Shown: positions 15,301-27,300 of the stretch, one piece after another
Layout of the letters: the number at the start of each line of letters is the position of its first letter
Position numbering within the stretch: the stretch's first letter is position 1
NCBI RefSeq assembly: GCF_902652985.1
Contig: NC_047020.1
Coordinates: forward strand, 7,440,001 to 7,504,000
Direction: 5' to 3'
From: Pecten maximus
Lineage: Eukaryota
DNA: 64,000 nt
Position numbers and translations under genes: made by a program
The notes under the pieces: model-generated
What the model saw: only the letters and a program-made list of their open reading frames with translations
Database searches by the model: none
What the model was told of the DNA's origin: nothing

Positions 15301-18300
15301 TGGCCACCATGGCCAACAGTGCCACTATATACTTGCTACAGAGAATGCATACTACAATAATATAAGGGTTTTAATTTAGAGTCAGATGACCGTTAAGGCC
15401 CCTGGGCCTCTTGTCTTAGAGTGACATTGAAATGCTGTTGTAGATGATATAGTAACATGAGTGATCGAGCTGGTTATCTTAGAGTGACATTGAAAAGCTG
15501 TTGTAGATGATATAGTAACATGAGTGATCGAGCTGGCTATCTTAGAGTGACATTTAAATGCCGTTGTAGATGATATAGTAACACTAGTGATCGAGCTGGC
15601 TATCTTAGAGTGACATTGAAATGCCGTTGTAGATGATATAGTAACATGAGTGATCGAGCTGGTTATCTTAGAGTTGATGACATTGAAATGCCGTTGTAGA
15701 TGATATAGTAACATGAGTGATCGAGCTGGTTATCTTAGAGTGACATTGAAATGCTGTTGTAGATGATATAGTAACATGAGTGATCATGCTGGTTATCTAA
15801 GAGTGACATTGAAATGCTGTTGTAGATGATATAGTAACGAGTGATCGAGCTGGTTATCTTAGAGTGACATTGAAATGTTGTTGTAGATGATATAGAGGAC
15901 TGTTACGATTACCATCATGACCGACGAGAGGCGCTGTCACAATGGCTCATGGACACATCAAAAGAGGTTATTAAAAAGGAGATCAGTGATGCTAAGTACA
16001 AAGTGAGTATCAATTTTAACATGAAATACTCAGTATATCATAAAGTGATTATATAGGAAAGCCCTCTAGGGCAAACACTTAGTTTATATATTAAGGTAAT
16101 GGGGCTGGTATATATTTTTCTAGATTAATAAATCATATTTGTAATTAAATTGTATTTGATCGCTTGGAAGCGAGAAATGTGTGTTTTCCTAATCAAGAAT
16201 GTTCTGTTGAAGTTTATTTCATTGTTTCAATAATAATGCTGTACATGCTGTGAGAACTTTAAGTACAGTTGAATAATTCAGTTAAAGAAATACTTCACTG
16301 TTAAAAATAAATCTGCAATCTCAAAAAAACAGTGAGTCATTCTTAATGTATAAAATCCTTCTTCAGAATAAGAACCACCTGCCTGCTGTACTGGCTCACC
16401 TAAGTGGTAACCAGATATCAGAGGCATGTTCCCTGGCCCAGTCTTCCTCTGACCACCGCCTGGCACTGACACTGGCCCAGGCTGCTGGCAGTCACATCCC
16501 TAGACAGCTGGTGGAGAGCATGCTTAACGAGTGGATAGAGCTCGAGGTGAGTACAGCCTGTCGTCCATATACTGGTACTAGTTAGGCCTGAAAAATAATG
16601 CAGTTTCTGCTAACACACTGGAAACAAGTATTTGAAAATTGGGTTCGTAGGTGGGGAATTGTTTTTCATCTTTTGAATAGTTTTTACTAGTAGGGTTATA
16701 TGGACAAGGAATCTTGACTATAATAGTCCCTCCATGAAAATGGATAAAACAATCTTCAGGGTAGGCACAAAAGTATGGGGCCTGTAGGGTTTACAGAAAC
16801 AGGATTTTTTTTTTAATGCTTTATATTATTATTTAGTTTATTTAGTTTGCTATAAGCTAGAGGCAATTTTTCTACTGATGCAGGTTTTATTTACTCTCTG
16901 GGAGTTCAATGTTATTAGTGACAAACGTGAAGTATATTGATGTTCAATGTTATTGGTGACATATATATATACAAGGATGGATGTTTTTCTGTTGTTAACA
17001 TCTGACTCTCATCAGATACTTAAGTTTTGTGTACAATAAAAAACATACGAATTAACAATAGATATATCTTATTTAATAGGCGTGTAGGTTATCTGGACCC
17101 AGTACGACAGAAGATTTACTCATTGATGGCTGGCCGCCTGGTCTGGCCTACACCCGAATCTACAGTTAACTCATGTGAATATATGGATTGGAAACGAGCT
17201 CTAGCTTTACATCTATGGTAAATATATAAAGGTCTGATTTCCATTGTCAAAATATGTGCCGAATATCTCCATTGTAACTCCAGTCACAGAATCCTGTTTA
17301 CATCTATATATAGACTGGAAGATTTATGTTTAACTCCTCTGGTACAAAGACTGCTGTAGGTCATCTGTCTTCTGTCAACTTTTGCCTTAGAGAACATTTA
17401 ACATTTCTAAAACCACTGAGCTGAATTCAACCAAATTATAGTGGTAACATCTTTGATCCTGGTCTGAGTTTAAAACTTGTTATTCAAGCCTTGAGAATGT
17501 TTGTCATGTACAGGTACCTGTGTCCTCCGAGTTGTCCAATCCAACAAGCCCTGGAAGAGTATGACAATGGCTTCCATGGAGCAACCACTTATGGCCGTTA
17601 CTGTAATCCTCCACTGCCACCATACCTAGAACAATCCTCTGATCTGTCAACCATGGGGACTGACGAGGACCTGGAAATCCAGGACACCTGCTATCACCTG
17701 TTGAAACTGTACTCTCAGAGGTCACACAATCTACAGCCACTCCTTAACCCATCCTCATCCACCTCTAGTCACCTGGACTACAGGCTCAGGTAAGCTCCTC
17801 TCTATATAGTCACCTGGACTACAGGCTCAGGTAAGCTCTCTCTCTATATAGTCACCTAGACTACAGGCTCAGGTAAGCTCTCTCTCTCTCAAGTCACTTA
17901 GACTAAAGGCTCAGGTAAGCTTTCTCTCTAGTCACCTAGACTACAGGCTCAGGTAAGCTCTCTCTCTCTCAAGTCACCTAGCACTAAAGCGCACTCAGTA
18001 AGCTCTCTCTCTCTCAAGTCACCTAGACTAAAGGCTCAGGTAAGCTTTCTCTCTAGTCACCTGGACTACAGGCTCAGGTAAGCTCCTCTCTATATAGTCA
18101 CCTAGACTACAGGCACAGGTAAGCTTTCTCTCTAGTCACCTAGACTACAGGCTCGGGTAAGCTCCTCTACCACTATTCACCTAGACTACAGGCTCAAGTA
18201 TGCTCATCTGCCCCCAGCTAGCTAGACTACATGTTAAAGTAAGCTTCTCTGTCTGCAGTCTCCTAAACTAAAGGCTCAGGTAAGCTTGTCTGCCATCAGT

Positions 18301-21300
18301 CACCTAGACTGCATACTCTGGTTATCTCAATCCTTCATTCCAGGTCACCTGCCCTCCAGTCAGTTGGAAAACATGTTGCATCATTAATCACGTCTTTATG
18401 ACGCCGTTCTTAAATAACATTTGTGATAATAGGACAAAAAGCAATATCAAACAAAACTGAAATCTTCTACAAAGTTCATTGTTCAACAGGTACTGTTAAA
18501 AAGCATGTGTATTGTTTGACAGGTAATGTTAAAAAGCATGTGTATTGTTTGACAGGTAATGTAAATAGCATGTGTATCGTTTGACAGGTAATGTTAAAAA
18601 GGATGTGTATCGTTTGACAGGTAATGTTAAAAGCATGTGTATTGTTTGACAGGTAATGTAACTAGCATGTGTATTGTTTGACAGGTAATGTTAAAAAGTA
18701 TGTGTATTGTTTGACAGGTAATGTTAAAAAGTATGTGTATTGTTTGACAGGTAATGTTAAATAGCATGTGTATTGTTTGACAGGTAATGTAAATAGCGTG
18801 TGTATTGTTTGACAGGTAATGTTAAAAAGTATGTGTATTGTTTGACAGGTAATGTTAAAAAGCATGTGTATTGTTTGACAGTTTATACACAACACACCAA
18901 AACAGTATGAAAGTCAAAAATTTATTGAATGGAACCAATAACTTGTTCAGGCTCATATTAAATATTACCTAAAGGTTTTGGCATTCTTAGGGGCTGCTCA
19001 TTCTTACAACTAAATAACATCAACTAACAATATTACATAATAAATTTTTACTCGCTACTAAAAAGATACACCTAAACAATTAAGATACTAATTATACTAT
19101 AGGGGCATGCAACCCCCAAGCTAGAGCGATCATAGCTTAGCTAGCTATGACTAATAGAAAGGAGAGAAACCTAGCTTGAGCGACCTCAAGCCACAGAGTA
19201 AGCAGTTGGTAGCTAAAAAGCAGGCAGTTCTGCTAAGACTGTTTCAGATGGGGCGACCCCCGAGCTTGGGTGATCCCAAGCATATCATCTACATAAGAAA
19301 TAAATACACAAAATATGATATAATGAATTGGGGGCAAGAAATTCCCCGAATTTAAAAGTGCTAATATCACGGCGTGATAAATTCATTACTGTGAGTGATA
19401 TCCTCTAACTATTCCGTACTAAGAAGAGCAGCCCAAAATAAAAATAAAAATGTGACAGCATGTAATAAAATAAAGCTTATAATTAACCAACACAGATGTA
19501 CAAAAAGGTGCTGCGAGCCGGCTGCCCCAACCTGAATCAGGGAGGTAGGTTTATCCAATGCTCAGACCAGCTTGCCAGGTGTTGTCTCACCATGAGGCCT
19601 TACTTACCCCTAAACAAATGAGCCCGAAACAAGTAAAAAAGACATGTAATAAATATAAATATTATAAGTAAACACATATAATAAAAACAACATATACACA
19701 TGAAAAGTACAGGCAATCAAAACAAAACAACAGTATATAAATATTAAAAGGTAATTATAATATAATATAAACAATTATACACAAACAACAGTAAAGAAAA
19801 CTGCAAATTATCAAAGGTGGAGGTGGGGCGGATGGTGGATGATGAATAAAACACTGCTGCTACAAATAATCACGCTGCTTGAAAATGAATGCAGGTGGCG
19901 CTATCCCCTGACGTATTTCCATTGGTCAAGAACATCACGTGATCAAAGGCGCGAGGTTAGAAATAGATATTTACTAACATGAAGACTGTGACGGGGTTTT
20001 TAAATGTTGTGTACAAACAACTATTTAGTAAACAAAATATCATGTAATGTTAAAAAGCATGTGTATTGTTTGACAGGTAATGTTAAGTATGTGTATTGTT
20101 TGACAGGTAATGTTAAAAACCATGTGTATTGTTTGACAGGTTATGTTAATAGCATGTGTATTGTTTGACAGGTAATGTAAATAGCATGTGTATTGTTTGA
20201 CAGGTAATATTAAAAAGTATGTGTATTGTTTGACTTCCATTACAGCTGGCATCTCCACCAATCCCTGGATGCACTTGGATACAGACACCTGTCCTCCTAC
20301 CATAGAAATTCCATACACATGAGCTTCGCCTCCCAGCTCGAGTCCCTTGGCCTCTGGGAGTGGGCGGTGTTCGCTGTACTTCACATTGAACAGCAAACAT
20401 AGTAAGTTATCACCCAGAATGATTTATAAGCCGAATCATGCTAGCTCCATGTGTTTAAGAACACAATTTAATCTGCGGAAAGGGAATTGGGCCTAATTGT
20501 CCAAAAATCAAATACAAAACTTTTTCTCTGTGTTCTCTGGTGAAATTATTTTAATGTCAGCTTTTGATCATTTGTTGATGTCAGACTAACAAGTCTAGTT
20601 TTTGTCATTTTAGTCGAGAGTCTGCTGTAAGGGAGCTGTTACTCAGACACGTCAGTCTCTCTAAAGACCATTTCTACCTGGAAAAGGAACAGTTCCTCAG
20701 AGAAAAACTTGATGTCCCAGCAGAGTGGATTCATTTTGCAAAGGTAAGGATGTTAAGTTGTTTATTGGATTGTAATTTTTAGTCCACCATCTTCAGATAG
20801 ACCAAATATAGACCATTCAATGGTGTGTGTTCAGATCCCTCTGGGATGTCTTGTTCATTGATGTTGGAAGATATTTCAGTACTTTTGTCACAGTTTGTCA
20901 GAGTTTTCTGGTCTTAGGAATTTGGCTAGGTACCGTTTCAGCTGCCTAATTCATCTATGTTTTCATTGGATAATGAAGTTAAGGAAACTTAATTTATCGT
21001 TATGTGAAAAATTAGGTTGCAGTATTCTTATCATTGGACTAAGCTTTCAACTTACTTTTTATAGGCAATGAGAGCAAGGTTTGAGAGTCGTCCCCATGAA
21101 GAGGCATGGCATTTGCTGAAGTCTGGACACTGGAATGACAGTCACCGCGTGGTACTGAATCACATAGCATCAGATGCTATCATCAGTGGTAGGTTTGGGT
21201 CACATCACATACATCACATACCCTGAGTGGTACTGAAACACATTGTATCAGATGCTATCATCAGTGGTAGGTTTGGGTCGTATCACATACATCACATACC

Positions 21301-24300
21301 CCGCGTGGTACTGAAACACTTTGTATCAGATGCTATCATCAGTGGTAGGTTTGGGTCGTATCACATATCCCTAGTGGTACTGAAACACTTTGTATCAGAT
21401 GCTATCATCAGTGGTAGGTTTGGGTCGTATCACATATCCCTAGTGGTACTGAAACACTTTGTATCAGATGCTATCATCAGTGGTAGGTTTGGGTCACATC
21501 ACATACATCACATACCCTGAGTGGTACTGAAGCACTTTGTATCAGATGCTATCATCAGTGGTAGGTTTGGGTCGTATCACATATCCCTAGTGGTACTGAA
21601 ACACTTTGTATCAGATGCTATCATCAGTGGTAGGTTTGGGTCACATCACATACATCACATACATCATAGTTACCCCCACCCACCCCTGCAGCAGCTTGTC
21701 TGTCTGTCCATACGAAAGTTTTGTCTGATAATTCCTCCTGAAGTAGTGATCCGATTCCAATGAAACGTCACACAAATATAAAGGACCATGCGTTGATGTG
21801 CATGCAGCTTTTCCCCCCTCAATATTATGGTTGCTGTGGTAAATGGTCACTATAAACAGGTTTTTTGATAAGGACCTATAGTAACTCCTCAGTTGTTCGG
21901 CTGATTCTATTCATGCAGAATTATTCTGAATTTTTGAAAGTTAAAAATACAGTGTCAGTACTATAAAACTTTATTTTGTAAAGCAAATAACAGGGAGTGG
22001 GGGTTCTATGGGGTTTTATCTTAATTGAAAGGTATATGACTCTTCATATTATTTTTGTTGTATCAAATAAGATAAAAATATTTCTCTATGACAGCAACTG
22101 TCTATCCACCTTTGAAGACAATGTTTTAATTACAAAGTTAATTTAGACATATGCCCTAATTTCCCCTTCAAAAACCTTTACCTCATAGACAAATTTCAGT
22201 CAAGTTTCTTGTCTGCAATTTAGAGTTTCATTCCTCACACTTTATCATCTTGTTTATTTTATAAATATTCAGGTTTATCTGCAGCAAACAAACAAAATAA
22301 CAAGAAAAGTTATTTTCCTTCAGTTGATATGTATTGATGCTTCTTTTCAGAAAACCATGACTATCTTAGAAAATTTCTAGCAGAGTTATCTCCTCCAACA
22401 CGCTGTAACAAAATTGTTGATTGGTCGAGGGGTGGTCATGTTTTCATGGACTACATTAATCTGTGTCAAGAGCTTGAGAATCTGAAGAAAGATCTACAAA
22501 AGGATGAGGTAAGTGTTTGTGGTAGGAATTCCACAGAATCATCGTCGGAATGATACACATCTGGATATAACTCAGATGAGGCCATATAAAATTAATTAGT
22601 TGGTTCTTAGGCCAATTTTTGAAAAAATACATGAGGAAGGGAAGCATTATTTTTTTTTTAAATTATTGGATGTAAAACATGAGGGTATTTTTTTTTATTT
22701 TTTCATTGACATCAAAATGAAATATTTTAATAAATGCTTTGAAGCAACTTCTGTGTTCATTAATTTCAAGAAGAAAAAGCAAAATTTTCACAAAAACGGA
22801 ACACAGCATTTTTTGTCGGGAAACGTCAAAGTCCCAATCACAATGGACCCATCCTTTAATGAAGTGCATAGTTGTGCCATTGTACAAACTTCCGAAAATC
22901 CCCCAAGTATATTCCATGGCAGTATTATTGAGTTTTAGCACTTGCAACTGCTTTTCGTTCAAAATGCTTGAAATATCAGTGAGACTAAAGCACAAACCGG
23001 AGTTTAAGGGGGCATAAAGGCAATTTTATTTTATTGTTTTTGCGACAAAATCGGTAATGCAGCTACAATGTTTTGGATGCGGGCACGCCTGAGAACCAAT
23101 TAATTTATTTTTTATGGCCTAAAATATCATCAAATGTTGCTTTCTTTATATTAGTCTTATATGAACACCAGTTTCTTCACCCTTATTAAATTTCTCTCTA
23201 AGGCAGTACAACAGGATGTAGAAATATCTGTTTAGTTAGAAATTAATTTCATATATACATTAAAATAAACCCAGATTATGATGGCTATATTGTTCTCAAA
23301 ATCATCTTTGAATTTGAAACATATCAATGCAAATTAAGTGCTTTGTTGTTTTGTAGCAACGCTCCAATGTACATCTGGAGGGCCTTCATTCTGATGTGAT
23401 GTCCCTGTGTAGCCGTGTAGGCAGCCTAGTGTGTACCAATTCTAAAGACAGGTATGGTTAGCTGCCCTGCCTATATACTAATATTTACTGGTGATTAAAT
23501 ATACACTCGTCAGCTGAAAGGCAGTAAGGCCGTAATAGCGGACGTAAAACCCATAAATAAATAAAGTTAAATATACACGACTTTTATCATAATGTGGTAG
23601 GAATTAATCAAGATGTTTTCATTTTCCGTAAAGATTATTTTGATATTTAATTTTCGACTTTGGCAAGCTACCACAAAGGGCTATTCCAGTGAATTATCAA
23701 CCCAGCAGGAGTACAGGTTTGTCAAACAAGGACCTCAAAAAACAATGAATTAACTAATACAATACCATATTATTATAAGATACATTTTCTTACACACCCA
23801 CCATGAAGAGATTTTTTTTCTGGTGTGGTTCTTAGGGATATATACATGTATTTTACTAAATGTCTTGCAGGAGAATGATGGATAATAGAGAAAATACATC
23901 TTACTATATGGTACTGTTTAAAGTAAATCACTTCTTATAGTGGTCCATATTCAACAAACCTTGAGTCCTCACATTAAGTAGATCTTTTACTGGAGTAGCC
24001 CTAAAGATCAATACCAGAGTGGATTTGTTAAGTCATTACAAACTATAAACTTTTTATTGGCCACAAGTTATTTCCTCTAAAATATAGATACAATGTTATG
24101 AAAGTATTGAAGTTTTAAAGTAAGAATTCAGTCACTGAAATCTGAATTCTGATGACTTCTTGAGTTTGATAAAAATTCTAGTTGTTGCTTCCTCAGGTTA
24201 TGTCAGTCTGAAATGTCAAAGAAATGTGCTTATCTCCTGCGGACGTTATTAACCTTACAAGGTCAGGATGGGGACCATCTACCTTCAAGGTCAGTATAGA

Positions 24301-27300
24301 CAGCTTAAAACTCTACTGTTTTAATGTGTATTAATATGTTGTACCAGTTCTCTACTAACATGTTGTACCAGTTCTCTACTAATTCACAATCATACAGAAT
24401 ATGATGGAATAGGTCTTGTGAGGAATAAAGAACAGAAAAAAGATGAAGTGGCATATTCAAAATACACATAGAATCCAAAAGAATAAAACTACATCAATAA
24501 ACAGTGAATTTGGTTCACTGATGAAACTGTCAAAAATACATAGGAACAAGACATACAAGTTCTTATAATAGACTGTTGTATAGATGGTAAGTCACAAATA
24601 CAGACAAAAACAATATATTGGACAGTGTTATAGTTGGTAAGTCACAAATATAGACAAAAACAATATATTGGACAGTGTTATAGTTGGTAAGTCACAAATA
24701 CAGACAAAAACAATATATTGGACAGTGTTCTAGTTGGTAGGTCATAAATATAGACAAAAACAATATTTTGGACAGTGTTATTTAAGGATTAACATCAATT
24801 ATGTTTTCTGTTATACAGTCATAACAGAAAAAACTGGAGTGTACTCTAAATAAACCGTGAAGCGGTTTATGAAGAGAGTACACTCCAGTTTTTTATGTTA
24901 TGACTGTATAACAGAAAAAATAATTAATGTTAATTCTTATAATTTAATTTCGTCTTATACACACCAAGATATTTCACTTTCTTTGGCGAACTCTTTTCTG
25001 TGATGAATTATTACGCAACGTCATCAGCCAATCAAAAATGACGTTACATTTCGCAACGTCAAAAATTTTGTTATGGAGGTATAACAAAATTATTTCAGCC
25101 AATGAAAATGCGTGTTTCATAAAAATTAAATTATAGTTGGTAAGTCACAAATACAGACAAAAACAATATATTGGACAGTGTTATAGTTGGTAAGTCATAA
25201 ATACAGACAAAAACAATGTATTGGACAGTGTTATAGTTGGTAAGTCACAAATACAGACAAAAACAATATATTGGACAGTGTTATAGTTGGTAAGTCACAA
25301 ATATAGACAAAAACAATATATTGGACAGTGTTATAGTTGGTAAGTCACAAATACAGACAAAAACAATATATTGGACAGTGTTCTAGTTGGTAGGTCATAA
25401 ATATAGACAAAAACAATATTTTGGACAGTGTTATTTAAGGATTAACATCAATTATGTTTTCTGTTATACAGTCATAACAGAAAAAACTGGAGTGTACTCT
25501 AAATAAACCGTGAAGCGGTTTATGAAGAGAGTACACTCCAGTTTTTTATGTTATGACTGTATAACAGAAAAAATAATTAATGTTAATTCTTATAATTTAA
25601 TTTCGTCTTATACACACCAAGATATTTCACTTTCTTTGGCGAACTCTTTTCTGTGATGAATTATTACGCAACGTCATCAGCCAATCAAAAATGACGTTAC
25701 ATTTCGCAACGTCAAAAATTTTGTTATGGAGGTATAACAAAATTATTTCAGCCAATGAAAATGCGTGTTTCATAAAAATTAAATTATAGTTGGTAAGTCA
25801 CAAATACAGACAAAAACAATATATTGGACAGTGTTATAGTTGGTAAGTCATAAATACAGACAAAAACAATGTATTGGACAGTGTTATAGTTGGTAAGTCA
25901 CAAATACAGACAAAAACAATATATTGGACAGTGGTATAGTTGGTAAGTCACAAATATAGACAAAAACAATATATTGGACAGTGTTATAGTTGGTAAGTCA
26001 CAAATACAGACAAAAACAATATATTGGACAGTGTTATAGTTGGTAAGTCACAAATACAGACAAAAACAATATATTGGACAGTGGTATAGTTGGTAAGTCA
26101 CAAATACAGACAAAAACAATATATTGGACTGTGGTATAGTTGGTAAGTCACAAATACAGACAAAAACAATATATTGGACAGTGTTATAGTTGGTAAGTCA
26201 CAAATACAGACAAAAACAATATATTGGACAGTGTTATAGTTGGTAAGTCACAAATATAGACAAAAACAATATATTGGACTGTGTTATAGTTGGAAAGTCA
26301 CAAATACAGACAAAAACAATATATTGGACAGTGTTATAGATGGTAAGTCACAAATACAGACAAAAACAATATATTGGACAGTGTTATAGTTGGTAAGTCA
26401 CAAATATAGACAAAAACAATATATTGGACAGTGTTATAGTTGGTAAGTCACAAATATAGACAAAAACAATATATTGGACTGTGTTATAGTTGGAAAGTCA
26501 CAAATACAGACAAAAACAATATATTGGACAGTGTTATAGATGGTAAGTCACAAATACAGACAAAAACAATATATTGGACAGTGTTATAGTTTGTAAGTCA
26601 CAAATACAGACAAAAACAATATATTGGACAGTGTTATAGTTGGTAAGTCATAAATACAGACAAAAACAATATATTGGGCAGTGTTATATTTGGTAAGTCA
26701 CAAATACAGACAAAAACAATATATTGGACAGTGTTATAGTTGGTAAGTCACAAATACAGACAAAAACAATATATTGGACTGTGGTATAGTTGGTAAGTCA
26801 CAAATACAGACAAAAACAATATATTGGACAGTGTTATAGTTGGTAAGTCACAAATATAGACAAAAACAATATATTGGACAGTGTTATAGTTGGTAAGTCA
26901 CAAATACAGACAAAAACAATATATTGGACAGTGTTCTAGTTGGTAGGTCATAAATATAGACAAAAACAATATTTTGGACAGTGTTATAGTTGGTAAGTCA
27001 CAAATACAGACAAAAACAATATATTGGACAGTGTTATAGTTGGAAAGTCACAAATATAGACAAAAACAATATATTGGACTGTGTTATAGTTGGAAAGTCA
27101 CAAATATAGACAAAAACAATATTTTGGACAGTGTTATAGTTGGAAAGTCACAAATACAGACAAAACAATATATTGGACAGTGTTAAAGTTGGTAAGTCAC
27201 AAATACAGACAAAAACAATATATTGGACAGTGTTATAATTGGTAAGTCATAAATACATAGAAGAATAACAATGTAAATAGACTGTTATATTATAATTGGT

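Noticed and set aside
13654-15360. Repeated 61-98 aa ORFs (KCCYFSGRSEIQDGRH)
   Set aside because: Translations of the HINE internal satellite with frequent stops
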